The notes under the pieces: model-generated
The model's database searches: none
The model's input: the letters and a program-made list of their open reading frames with translations, nothing else
Told to the model about the DNA's origin: nothing
From: Negaprion brevirostris
Taxonomy: Eukaryota
Reading direction: 5' to 3'
DNA length: 64,000 nt
Assembly: GCA_030324005.1 (NCBI GenBank)
Contig: JARDVH010000084.1
Span: 92,031,849-92,095,848, forward strand
Part shown: positions 12,300 through 25,249 of the stretch, piece after piece
How the letters are laid out: every line of letters starts with the position of its first letter
Numbering within the stretch: position 1 is the first letter of the stretch
Translations under genes and position numbers: made by a program

Positions 12300-15200
12300 T
12301 AAGCAGCGGTCGGGAGTTGTTCAGTTTGTTTTATGTTTACAAGTTTTTCAAAGTGTTACATTTAAATGATTTAATTACTAGGGGAAAAGTCAAAGGTCTG
12401 CTTTCATGTTTTTCCACGTCCTGCGAAGCACGCCACATATACGTGCCTGGGAAAAGCATATGAGCAAGCAGTGTATACAGTTGCAGCCTCTGTAAATTTG
12501 GTTATCATGGTTCGAAGGGAAGCGAGAGGGTCTGTGCACAGTTCTTGTAGCAGAATGCATAGTGGATGGTATGGTTAGAAAAGTGTTCAAGTCAACTGAA
12601 GCGACTTTACGAAGGAAGGGAACCCAAGAAGGGGACCACTAGGCAGTCCAGAAGAAACATTCAGGTAATTCGGGTATCCCCGAAGTATAAAGGCACAAAT
12701 CGATTTTCAAATTTGTGGCTGACTAATGTGTTGGTTCATTCAGTGAATATCGAGCGAGCCAAACTGTAGGCAACAGAATCAGCTTTTCCTGGTAGGACGG
12801 AAAGGGGAGTGGAAGAGAAAAAGTACCAGGGAACTCTATATTCAGTATGCGCTTGCATGGTAGTCAATGCAACTCCAGGTTGGTGATTGGATTCTTGATG
12901 CCCGTATCTTGATTATCACTGAACGACTGCAGGGAATCTTGAGGCGGTGAGAGTGATACGGCAGAGACCATTGTACATTTTGTTATCAATGATGAAAGTA
13001 GAAATAAGAATGAGTTTTTGCATCAGGACTTCAGATTGTTAGGCAAAAGGCTAAAAAACAGGACGTCTTAAATTGAAAGACTGGGATTACGCCTAGTGAT
13101 ACGAGCAAGTGTACAGAGAAATAAAGGAGTAGCACAGATGAACGCCTGGCTTGGGGCCGAGACCTTCACGGTTTCCTGTTTCCAGATCTCCAGCAACCTG
13201 CCCTGGTCCTCCATTGCCGACACCATGGCTAAGAAAGCCCACCAACGCCTCTTCTTTCTCAGAAGACAAAGAACATTTGGCATGCCAGCTATGACTCTCA
13301 CCAACATTTACAGATGCACCATAAAAAACATTCTTTCTGGTTGTATCACAACTAGGTATGGCTCATGCTCTGCCCAAGGCCGCAAGAAACTACAAAAGGC
13401 CTTGAATGTAGCCCAATCCATCACGGAAACCGACCTCCCACCCATTGACTATGTCTACAATTCCCGCTGCCTCAGCAATGCAGCTAGCACATTTAAGACT
13501 CCACGCACACTGGATATTTTCTTTTCCACTTTCTTCCTTCGGGAAATAGATTCAAATTCTGAGGTCACGTACCAACCGACTCAAGAATAACTTCTTCCCT
13601 GCTACTGTCAGACTTTTTGCATAGAAATAACTTGCATTAAAGAGAGTTGAAATCTTGGAGGGGACATCAAATGACACTGCAGGTAGACTTTACGGACAAA
13701 TATGCTGCAGTTATATTGCTAGTTTTTCATTGCATAACCCCATATTAATTGAGAAATTGAGGAGCAATTCGTGGCGGCATGTAAAAACAACAAGAGGGTA
13801 TGATATTAAGTGGTTTCAACTTTCCTTACATTAATTGGGATAGCAGAGTGTTAAGGACGGGGTGGAATTGTTCTCTTGAATTGCGCACCTACAAAGCCTT
13901 ACAGTTAATCTGCCAAGGATCCAATGAGGGACTGACAGCACTGGACCTCATTCTGGAGAATGAAGCTGGAAAGGTCGCTGACGCAGTGGACGGAAATCAT
14001 TTTCGCGGTAGCGACCAAAACATATTGCAATTTTAGCACGTTATGGTCGAAAAAGTAGACAAGTTTCTAAACAATATTTTTGGATATGGGAGAACAGATT
14101 TTTGTAATGCAATGCAATATCAGCCCAAGGTAGACTCGGAACAGCTCCTTATGGGGAAATCTGCAGAACAAAAGTTGTGATGGGGCAGGGGGAGGAGGGG
14201 GTTATGGGGAAAGAGAGCGCGTTCAAAATAGAAATGCAGAGTACCACATATTCCCTCTCGGGTGATTGGAAAGAATGATAAGTTCACAGAACTATTGATG
14301 AGTAGAGGTATTCATGAATCGGTGAGAAGGAAAGTGAGCCTTTATAGCAGATGCGAGTGAGCAAATCAGAGGGGGCATGAGACGAATACAGGCAGAGCAG
14401 TGTGATGCTAAAGGAAACAATTACAAAAAGAAAGTAGAGATATGGAACGTTCGGCTGATAAAGTTAGAGAAAATGAAAATACGTTTTATACGTATGAACG
14501 ATGAAAGGAGTATAACCAGGGAGGGAGTTGCATCCAATAATTTCAAAGCAGCTAAGTTTTGACAGGAGGCACATGGCATTGGAAAAGTGTTGAACAAACA
14601 CGTCACATTAGTATTCAACCAACAAGATGAAAATGAAGTATGAAACATAGGTATAGGGACTGCGATATTCTTATTGGTAGGCTTAAAGCGGACAAATTTT
14701 CAGGCACATATCAATTTTCTCCCAGCGTGCTGTGAACTGCAAGGGAGGATATGACTGGGGCTCTATTCCAAATTTGGAATTCTTTCCAGGGTACAGAGGA
14801 GGTGCTAGAATCCTAGAGAACAGTTAGTGCATCTCTGATATTTAATAAATGTTCCAGATTTAAACGGACTTCAGACGAACACGCTTCACATTAATTGCAG
14901 AGGCACTATTGGGCAATATTCTAAACGAGAGAATATATCTCCAATTTGAGAGGGAGGGTTGATCAGGGATAGTCAGCGTGGCACTGTCAGAGGGAGGACA
15001 TGCTTAGCATGTTTGATTGTCTTTTTTTAAAGAAGTGAGCAAGTATGTCGCTGAGGATAATGCAGTTTAAGTATTCTCCACGAATTTTGGCACAACCTTT
15101 AACAGGATCCCACATGGTAGACTTGTAAAGATATTCACGACGGATAGAATATACTTGAATAACGTGAACTCACAATTCGCTGAGTTCTTGGAGAAAGACG

Positions 15201-16200
15201 GTGGCGATGTATTGCTGCTTCAGTGACTGGAAGACAGTGTCCAATGGTCTACCACATGGATCTTTGTTGGGTCCCCTATTATTCGTCATTGATATAAACG
15301 AAATTGCTGAGTACGTTGTGTGTTCACAAGTTTGCAGACAATGCAAACATTGGTCGAGTGCCAACAGTCAGGTGGAGGGCCTTGGGTTATTGTTAGATAT
15401 CGAGGGAATGATCAAATGTGCTGACATCTGGCAGATGGAATTTAAGCTTTAAAAGTGTGAGGCGACAGTGCTTTGAATTACTAAATGACAAAGAAACATT
15501 CGACAAGTTGAATGACACTGGAAAGTTCTGAAGTAGAAACGGACCCTGTGGTATTTGTCGATGGATCACTGAGGACAGAAAAGCCTGCAAATGGCGTGTT
15601 TAAAAATGTATATGGGACATTTTCCTTCAATTACGGCGGCGTAAATGAAAGAAAGAGTGACCATGTTGGAGTTGAATGGAACTTTTATGGAGCTACAGTT
15701 GAAGATTTGTGTACAGTTCTGGTCACCCCATTGATTTCACAGGAGGGCGGGTGGGGGGCAGTGGATGCAAATTCGATTCTTCGATTCACCATTGCATTGC
15801 CTGGCATGTCACGTCTAAGTTTTGAAGACATAGAGATGCACAGAGTTGCACTGCTTTCTGGACAGAAGAGGACTGAGGAGATGCTTGTTCAAGGTGCACA
15901 GCATTATGAGAACCGGGTGGAGAGCATTTTTTTTCCCTTTGATAGAAAGGGCAGACAAGAGGAGACACAAGATGGAAGCGAAGAGCTTGGCGAATGGAGT
16001 ATTGCAAGCCAAGTTCTTTTTCTTCAGAGATTGGTGACAGTCTTAAATTATTTACGTGGAAGGTTGTGGAGCTGGTTGACACACAGCTTTATAATTTTCC
16101 CTGGAAGAACCCACTGGCGCCATAAAATTCAAGGCTACAGGCCGAGCGCTGTTACATGTGGTTACATCGGTACATCGGGTGCTTGTCACGTGTTGGTGCA
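12300..16200 (+). mobile_element. Near full-length, heavily decayed CR1 LINE (ORF1 zinc finger/esterase, ORF2 endonuclease and RT)
   Basis: ORF1-like peptide near 12970-13150; endonuclease motifs GFNFPYINWD, LDLILENEAGKV and GNHFRGSDQN (13800-14036); RT motif SDWKTVSNGLPHGSLLGPLLFVIDINEI (15201-15452); many stops and frameshifts. Confidence 0.85.
13180..13625 (+). mobile_element. Nested 3' fragment of a Rex1/Babar-type LINE
   Basis: ISSNLPWSS...KKAHQRLFFLRR...LTNIYRCTIKNILSGCITTRYG...RKKLQK is the characteristic post-RT C-terminus of this clade. Confidence 0.85.
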
Positions 16201-17074
16201 GACTCGATGAGCCGAATGACACCTTCTGCAACTTGTGTTTTTGTGATTTGTCTATTCCATGTGCCTGACATTTCTCTTGCCGCATTCAGTCGGCATGGAA
16301 CCAGGGTTCGCCTTCGTGTGACGGCAATTGTAGAAAGGAGGAACTAAGCGGAAATATTGTGGCTGAATGCAATTATCCTTCTTCAATTGGTCATTGGCGC
16401 CTCGGTGATGTGCAGTTTGAGCTGCTGTCCGACCAATGCCCTAATTAGTAGGTTCATAATGCTTCCGTCTGTACAAGCCGGAGTGTATACTTTGGTGACG
16501 CCAGTCCTCCATCCTCACAGAGACTGTAAAGTGGTCCTAATTAATTAAAATCTCCATGGATTGTTGCGTCTATGGCATTAAGACCGGTGAGAACAAGGTC
16601 ATAAAATGCATTGAATCGTTTTTGCTCTCTTGTTACATGTCTTCTGCCCTGTATTGCAGCAATGTCACCAAATATTCTTTCTGGATGTGACAAACATATT
16701 GTTACCGAACTAGTCTCCCTGATAGACAGTGAAATCCAACACCCAAATTATATTATGTGCCTTTTCCGCTCTTAACAACTCCTTCACGAAGTGTTAAAAT
16801 GTAAGTGCACTGACAACCAGCTGCTGGGGGAGGCGGGAGGTGCATCCGCAGATAATAGCAAGCAGTTGGTTTTCTTGCCCAAATTTGATGAAAATCCAGG
16901 AGACTTTATGACGTCGACGGTATTTCTTGAGAATTCCAAGATCTACAACTTCCCGTTGCACACTGTTCTGCTACAACCCTCACTACCACAATATTACAGA
17001 ATTATGGAAAATGTTAATGATGGCAATATCACGGTCTCTAATGATTGATGCCAGGAGTACTGATATAACAATGA

Positions 17075-17400
17075 ACAAAAGGACAATACAGCACAGGAAC
17101 TAGTCCAACAGCCTTTCAAACCTGCGCCGATCATATGGCTGGCTAAGATAAACTTTCTGCAGTTACGAGTCCCTATCCTTTCATTCTGGTCCAATTCATG
17201 TGTTCACCTAGGAGCCCCTTAAATGTGCTATGGTACTTGTTCCAAACATCTCCGGGGTAGCGTGTACCAGAACGTCACCATCATCTGTTCGAAAACTCGC
17301 CTCGCATGTCTCCTCTAAACATTTCCCCACACAACCTAAACCAATGTTGACTTTTCTTCCAGAAGAACACCTGACTATCCACTCTGCCCATACCACCCAT
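17075..17400 (-). mobile_element. CR1 LINE 3' end fragment
   Basis: Tail aacaaaggacaatacagcacaggaac...cagcctttc, like the tail of the young copy at 59957. Confidence 0.6.
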
Positions 17401-18896
17401 TACATTGCAATCGTAATTTAAAACAAAACATTTTTCCATCTCTTATCTAAAGCAACGTCTCAGATGTTTACACAAAAGTGATTACATACGTTTTTTTACT
17501 TACTGCACTTCTCATGAACGTGGTTTGGTCTTGCCGACGTACCATATTGTTACATATTGCAGAAGCACAAGATGCAATTAAATGTGTTTTTTTTATTTAT
17601 TGAGTTGAAAGGAAGATTATTCGGCGAGAAGCTCACCACCCGACTGTCCCAAAGCGTATTCACTTTTGAGAAGCGTAAATGTGAAACGTGTAAGATAACA
17701 GACAATGTTTTCTGATGTGTGAGGCTCCAATAACGCTCAAAAAGTTATCGGCACCATCTAGGTCAAACAACTGGATTGATCGCTGCCCCGTGCGACACTT
17801 CAAACTCCCTCCACTATTGACACACAGTTGCAGCAATGTGTAGGAGGCACAATGCGTTTGGCATTGAGCTCCACGTTACCAGACTGTCAACTACTTTTGT
17901 GAAGGATAGCGGCAGCAGATGCTTTTGAACACCAACAACTATAGTTTTCCTCCTTTAAAAAAGCAGCACACTTGTTCGGGAATTTTACCAACATTGCTGA
18001 AAGGACCACCCGTGCGTGTGTTTTCTTTTACAATGCACAGCTCCAAAGCATTGCAGTCCGCAGTCGTATTTTCCATTAAATGAACTTCAGCTGAAACTCT
18101 GCTGCTTATTGTTGTTTTTTTTTTCAAATATTCACATTCGCCCGTGCGCACATTGCCGCAAATTGCGGGGGGTTGGGGGGCGGGCNNNNNNNNNNNNNNN
18201 NNNNNNNNNNNNNNNNNNNNNNNNNNNNNNNNNNNNNNNNNNNNNNNNNNNNNNNNNNNNNNNNNNNNNNNNNNNNNNNNNNNNNNNNNNNNNNNNNNNN
18301 NNNNNNNNNNNNNNNNNNNNNNNNNNNNNNNNNNNNNNNNNNNNNNNNNNNNNNNNNNNNNNNNNNNNNNNNNNNNNNNNNNNNNNNNNNNNNNNNNNNN
18401 NNNNNNNNNNNNNNNNNNNNNNNNNNNNNNNNNNNNNNNNNNNNNNNNNNNNNNNNNNNNNNNNNNNNNNNNNNNNNNNNNNNNNNNNNNNNNNNNNNNN
18501 NNNNNNNNNNNNNNNNNNNNNNNNNNNNNNNNNNNNNNNNNNNNNNNNNNNNNNNNNNNNNNNNNNNNNNNNNNNNNNNNNNNNNNNNNNNNNNNNNNNN
18601 NNNNNNNNNNNNNNNNNNNNNNNNNNNNNNNNNNNNNNNNNNNNNNNNNNNNNNNNNNNNNNNNNNNNNNNNNNNNNNNNNNNNNNNNNNNNNNNNNNNN
18701 NNNNNNNNNNNNNNNNNNNNNNNNNNNNNNNNNNNNNNNNNNNNNNNNNNNNNNNNNNNNNNNNNNNNNNNNNNNNNNNNNNNNNNNNNNNNNNNNNNNN
18801 NNNNNNNNNNNNNNNNNNNNNNNNNNNNNNNNNNNNNNNNNNNNNNNNNNNNNNNNNNNNNNNNNNNNNNNNNNNNNNNNNNNNNNNNNNNNNNNN

Positions 18897-21500
18897 NTCT
18901 AATCAGTAATCTGTAAACTGTCTGTGCTTTATATGCTCTGTCTGAGACCAGAACTCTCCATTCACCCGACAAAGGGGGTAACCTCGAAAACTAGTGAGTT
19001 TACTATCAAATAAATCGGTTGGACTTAAACCTGGCGTTGTCAGTCTTTTTACTGTGTATTCCACTTTCAACCAGGTATACCATTTTGGAAATTGTTGAGG
19101 GAGAATAGCTCTCAGGGCAAGAAGCCAGGAGGAGCCACGCCCGTGGCACCACACCTAGTTCTGCTGTTGAGCAGGTAGGGGCAATGATCAAACGAGTAGT
19201 AGTAATAGGGGACTCGCTGGTCAGAGGCACAGAAAAAACGTTTCTGTGGCCGCGATCAGGCGTCCAGGATGGCCTGTTGCCTCCTTGGTTCCAGGGTCAA
19301 GTGTGTCTCCGAGCAGTTGCAGAACAATCGTATGGGATGGTGAACAGCCAGAGGTCGTTGTTGATATTGATAGCAATGATATAGATAGGACAAGGGACGA
19401 GATCCTGAGGAGTGAATATCGAGACTTAGGAAGAAGTTTAATGTGCAGCATCTCGAAGGTAGTAATTTCTGCACTAACGCCAGTGCCACCTGCCCGTGAG
19501 TAGGAAAATGAAGATTAGACAGATGCACGCCCGGCTTGAGACGTAGTGCAGTGGACAGGGATTTTGACTTCTGGATCATTGGAATCACTTCTGGAGAAGG
19601 GGTGACCTGTTCAAGAAGGACCGTTTACACCTGAACTGGAGGGGTATTAATATCCTGGCGGGGAGATCTGTAAGAGTCACTTGAGGGGCTTTAAACTAGT
19701 TTAGCAAGGGGTGGGACACAGAGCGATAGGGAGACGGAAGAGAATGCTGGAGATAGAATAGAAGTTAAAGAGAGCACATTAAGTAGTAAAGGCAGTCTCA
19801 GTAATCCTAGTACCAGGCAGGTCAGGCAAAGGAAGAGGAGAGAGCACGCACAGTCAAGATTAAACGACATTTATTTCAAGGCAAGTGGGCTGGCGCGCAA
19901 GGCAGATGAGCTCAGGACATGGATCGGTGCGTGGACTGGAATATTATAGCTATTGCTGAAACATGGAGAAGGGAGGCTGTTACTGAAATATGGCTAAGGG
20001 AGAGTCAGTACTGGCAACTCAATGTTCCGGGGGGCGGGGGGGGGGGGTACAGATGCTATTTGAAAGATAACACCGGAGGGAGGAGGGGAGCGGATGCTGC
20101 ATTTTGCATTTGGGAAAACATCTGAGCAGTACTGAGAGGGGATATATCTAAGTGTTCGTCCTCTGAGTCTATATAGGCAGAACTGAGAAATAAGGAGGGA
20201 GAGGTCACGTTGATAGATTGCTCTATAGGCTTGCAACTACTCAGCGAAAAATTGAGGAACAGATATATGAGAAGATTACAGTTAACGCCAAGAAAAATAG
20301 GGTGGTAATAGTTGGGAATTTTAACATTCCCGACATTGATTGGGGTGGCCATTGTATTAAAGCTTTGGATGGAGGAAAAAATGTTGAATGCCTTCAGGAG
20401 GGATGTCTCATTCAGTATGTGATTGGTTCGTCTAGACAAGGGGCAAAACATGAACTCCTCTAGGGACTTAAGGAAGCCAGGTGACAGAAGCAGTATTGAG
20501 GGATTACTCTTGGACCAATGACCATAATCTCATTAATTCTAAGATAGCTATGGAGAACAATAGGTCTAGCCCAAAAGCTAAAATTCTAAACTGAGACAAG
20601 GCCCATTTTGATGACATCAGACAATAACTTTCAAAAAATAATTGGGGGATTCTATTGGCAAGCAAAGCGACGTGTGGTGAGTGAGGGACTTTCAAACTTG
20701 TGTCAATCAGGTTAAGGGTAAGTACATTCCCCTTCGAGTGAAGGGCAACATTGGTAGAAGTAGGGAACCCAGACTGACTCGGATGCTGAGGTCCTAGTTA
20801 AGAAGAAGAGACAGGAGCATGGCATGCAGTTGGGGCCAATTGGATTCCTTGAAAAGTATAAAATGTGCAGAAGGAGAGTTAAGAGAAAAATTGGAAAGGC
20901 AAAAAGGGGACACAAGATTGCGTTGGCAGACAAGGCAAAGTGGAATTCAAAGAAATTATACGAATACATAAATGACGAATTAGCAACTAGAGACAGAATA
21001 CGGCCTCTTAAGGATTAACAAGAAATGAGTGAGATCCCAAGTGACTATTTCTCATCAGTATTTACTGTTGAGAAAAACATGGATGATAGGGACCTTGGGG
21101 AAATAAATGGTGATGTCCTGAAAAGTGAACGTACAACAAAGAAGGAGGTGCTGGAAGTCTTAAAGCACACCAAGGTAAATAAATCACAGAGACCTGATGA
21201 AGTGTTCGGAGGACTTTGTGGGAAGCTAGGGATGAAAATGAGAGTTCCCCTATCACAGACATTTGGATCATCGACAACGACAGGTGGGGTGCCTGAAGAT
21301 TAGAGGGTGTCAAATGTTGTGCCTCTGTTTAGAAAGGGCTGCAAGGAAAAGCATGGGAACAACAAGTTGGTGAGCCATTTGTAGTGGGGAAGTTGTTTGA
21401 AGGTTTTCTGAGTGACAGGATCTACAGGCACCTAGAGAGCAAGGACTGATTAGCGACAGGTAGCATGGTTATGTGAACGAAAATTCATGTCTTACGAATT
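18897..21500 (+). mobile_element. Decayed CR1 LINE: ORF1 SGNH/GDSL esterase, ORF2 endonuclease and start of RT
   Basis: VVVIGDSLVRGTE, PEVVVDIDSNDIDRTRDEILRSEYRDLG, IIAIAETW, VVIVGNFNIPDIDW, DYFSSVFTVE, GGVPED. Confidence 0.92.
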
Positions 21501-21907
21501 TGATTGGAAAATTGCAAGTCGTAGAATGCAGCAGTAACAAATTCTGCAAAATGAGGAAACTCTGCTTCCCACACAGCATGTTGCGACCAAGGCCAAGAGC
21601 CACTGGATAGCCAACAAAAAAATCAACGTTGTTAGATTCATTGTTATAAAATTATCATAANNNNNNNNNNNNNNNNNNNNNNNNNNNNNNNNNNNNNNNN
21701 NNNNNNNNNNNNNNNNNNNNNNNNNNNNNNNNNNNNNNNNNNNNNNNNNNNNNNNNNNNNGTCCAATAACTACTTGAAAAACACATCCATCCTTGTGACG
21801 CACTGCCTTCCTCTACCGATTGGAAAGTAAAAAGACTCAGTACCCAATTGGATGATGCTTGACTGTGGGCAAACAACCTTTATCCATGCCCCTCCCCTAC
21901 CTCCTCA

Positions 21908-21941
<34 letters not shown>

Positions 21942-22100
21942 CATACACTCACTCACTCTCACGCACACTCACTCACTCCCACGCACACTGACTCTCACAC
22001 ACACACCCATAAAAACACACACAAATGCACTGTCTCACGCACACATACACATACACCATCACACACACACATTCACACACACACATTCACACACACACAC
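21908..22100. repeat. (CA)n / (CACT)n microsatellite
   Basis: Directly visible. Confidence 0.95.
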
Positions 22101-22454
22101 AATTTTCAATCTTACTATATCTGGTAAAGATAAATATTCAAAGAAAATCATACAATATCATGCGAGCCACTGTGAGACAAGGAGATCTAATACCTTAGGC
22201 CTCTACAGTGAGAAACCATTCAGCCTTTTGAGGAAATGTCAAGATTTTATTTTATCAATTTGTTTTAGAGATGATGCTGAGTTTAGGAGGGCTCCTTTGA
22301 ATAAAAGATTTTGCCCTAGATTTAAGATATTTGAATCGAACAGAAAGGTGAGATTTTGCATTGCTATCCTAACTGAAACAGAAGGTAAACATTAAAGAAG
22401 TAATAGAACACCCACTTAACAAAGTAACGCCGAACTCTTTTATCAGACGGGCAC

Positions 22455-22484
22455 CTGCCATGATCAAGGAGAAGTATTGGACTT
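22455..22484 (-). CDS. Possible microexon (30 nt, phase 1-1): EVQYFSLIMA
   Basis: ttcaatatctag|AAGTCC...TGGCAG|gtgccc; the peptide is atypical for the cassette. Confidence 0.25.
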
Positions 22485-22643
22485 CTAGATATTGAAGGTG
22501 TTGGTCCTCCTTTCTTCCACTCGTTTTTTTATCCCTGGTCATTTACTTTACATTATCATTCCGTAACCATCAATGAATCCGCCTCGAGGATCTATGTGCA
22601 CACTATTTTTGCAGAGTATTGTAACATCCTGAAATAATTGATA

Positions 22644-22675
22644 TCATTGTAGGAATTCTTCCAAACTTTCGATCT
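22644..22675 (-). CDS. 36-type exon ending in an in-frame stop: EIESLEEFLQ*; terminal exon or pseudo-exon
   Basis: cattcaattgtag|AGATCGAAAGTTTGGAAGAATTCCTACAATGA; matches EIEKLTESLE (I2, L5, L9); no donor at +36. Confidence 0.45.
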
Positions 22676-24390
22676 CTACAATTGAATGGCACAGATGCGT
22701 GTCAATACGTGCAATAGCGAGCGGCTAGTTCTTCCCTATTTACAACGTAGCACTTTTTTTTCTTGTTTTGTCCTGTATATGCAATTATGCCTGAGAAAAT
22801 CGTTTCCTCAAGGAAACAAAGAAAAATAATTAAGGAAGCCTTCGTCAAAAGTCATAGACTGACGGCAGCTATGTCTCATGGAATGTTTACGAGGAGCATC
22901 ACGAAACGTTTTCCTATTTCACAAGTAGCATGGGCCTTGAATTCTTTGACTGTGTAACAATATGACATTTTCTTTTTGAGGTTATCTTTAGAAAACTGCG
23001 GGTTTAGATTTTAACACTCAAGTCTCTACAGCGTTCTGCATTTTCACGTTCATAGAGATTCGGTTTTATTGTCTCCCCTTATTTTCCAATTGCACGCTGA
23101 GAAATGTTACCCTATCTAATTCTTGAACATCACATGGACGTACAAAAGTATGTCTCACGTTGGTAGCTTAACATGAATAAATCCACAATGGCAAATCAAT
23201 TAAATAAACGTGAAGGCGATGTACTGAACAGGACATCTAATGGTGTGCATTCACGTACTTAAAGGGCTTTTTTTTCCTTGTTCCTATTCAACTTAAATTT
23301 CATTCTCATCAGCTGGAGTTTCAAATGGTTGTGTTTAAGAGGACGAGTGCAAGTCAAATAATAACAGCAATCTCGCCTCACCATTACGCGCCGGAATACT
23401 TGGACGTTGCTCCAGTCAAGAACAGAAATCGTTTTGTGTCCTCATTATCAAAGACACGCAGAACATTTCACATCAGTAGAATTAATTGAAAAAAAAACTT
23501 TTCTAAACAATAAAGTAGGTGCCTTGATTACTCGCTATTGCATATCACTCCAGTTTACTTTATTTTTGTTAAGGCATAGGTAAATAAACAAAAGTGCGTA
23601 ATCACTGGGTATTTTCATATTTTGCATTACGAGCAACAGAATGTCCCATCTTAAATGTTTAAGGAACGTCAATAGCGGTTGTTGTTTTCTTTCTTTCCAG
23701 AACTTCTGTCAATGTAGAAGTCTATCAATTGAACGCCAGTGGTTAAAAATACAACTATTCGGGGAATAGGTTTGGCAGGGTAAATATTTGGAGTTACGGG
23801 AGTAAGACCTAGTTGAGAGTGTTGTCTGAGCAGGCTCGATATGCTGAATGGCCTCTTTCTGAATTGCAGGAATTCTTTGATTCCACGACCGGCACCGGCC
23901 ACACGAAGGAACGCGTTGTGCACCTGAAATTGCGTGAGGTACCCATCAGCCGTGTTTACCCATCAGCAGATGTTGTTGATGGCAAGTTAGTTCACATATG
24001 TACTCAATGGGCTCGTGTCCATTCCTCGTAAAGGGAGCACTTGTAATGATGCGTTCTAATGCTTTGAAATCTTCTCCAAGGCGCTCTGCCGCCACGACCA
24101 CCACCCCTACCCCGCTTCCCCACGCCACCCCCGCATCATCTCACCCTCCGCTACAATGGTAAAATCTGTATTGAGCGAGTACGAATGACAAAGAGCTAAG
24201 CATGGGAAACAATAACCTCGCATCCAGTGGCATCAAATTCATCTAATATCAGACAGTATAAACTGATTGGCATTAATTAAGAGAACGTTACATTTCAAAT
24301 TCAGACACTTCTGCTTACGGAAGGAAGTTCAACACAGAAGCTATTTAGCAACTAAATCAGCTGATCTAATTTAGAGCTGAACGCTGACAC

Positions 24391-24750
24391 GTTTTTTTTT
24401 CTTACCTTTATAAGCACTTACCTCCGAGTATCGGCCTCATTGTTCCTGTGGAGCAGCACTGAGAGGCAGCGATTTTTGGGCGTGTGTGGAGGTCGCGATT
24501 GAGGTAAATTTTCTTTTTCAAATTTTTAACTTTTCATTTCTAGTTAAAGTTGCGAGCAGCGGTGTTTTTTTTTCTTTAAATTAGTTAGAAGCCGGAAGTC
24601 GTCACTAGGAGGCTTACCGGTATTTGTAGTTTTTTTTCTTACCTTTATAAGCACTTACCTCCAAGTATCGGCTTCATTGTTCCTGTGGAGCAGCACTGAG
24701 AGGCAGCGATTTTTGGGCGTGTGTGGAGGTCGCGATTGAGGTAAATTTTC
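24391..24750. repeat. Near-perfect direct repeat of ~120 bp (period 238 bp) running into a gap; possibly a LINE 5' UTR in minus orientation
   Basis: ttttttttcttacctttataagcacttacctcc...gaggtaaattttc at ~24393-24512 and ~24631-24750, with 2 mismatches. Confidence 0.85.
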
Positions 24751-25249
24751 NNNNNNNNNNNNNNNNNNNNNNNNNNNNNNNNNNNNNNNNNNNNNNNNNN
24801 NNNNNNNNNNNNNNNNNNNNNNNNNNNNNNNNNNNNNNNNNNNNNNNNNNNNNNNNNNNNNNNNNNNNNNNNNNNNNNNNNNNNNNNNNNNNNNNNNNNN
24901 NNNNNNNNNNNNNNNNNNNNNNNNNNNNNNNNNNNNNNNNNNNNNNNNNNNNNNNNNNNNNNNNNNNNNNNNCCCACCGGTTAATTGCATTTGTAGGGAG
25001 AGGAAACACGCTGTGCTTTAAAACGATCAATTTTGGGTCTTAACTTTTTATGTGATATAGAAAAGGCTTGACAAAGTGGCATTAACTATGTAAGATATAC
25101 TAGTTGATGATGGAATTACGGACAGGAAAGTTACTTGTTGCAGGAATACAGAGTTGTTTCAAGGTCATGTAAGTATATGAAGTAAGTTGAGAAATATGAC
25201 GAAAAGTGACCTTAATGTTGACCATAAAACCAAAGGAAAAATGAAAAAT

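Noticed and set aside
15512-16210. 232-aa ORF
   Set aside because: Lies within the decayed CR1 RT C-terminus; a patchwork of shifted frames, not a host gene.
18016-18972. Long ORFs spanning N runs (also 24645-25043, 28113-28573 and others)
   Set aside because: Artefacts of assembly gaps translated as X.
21852-22395. His/Thr-rich ORFs
   Set aside because: Translations of a (CA)n microsatellite.
23669-24128. Overlapping short ORFs in unique-looking sequence
   Set aside because: No recognisable domain and no convincing splice-site pair.
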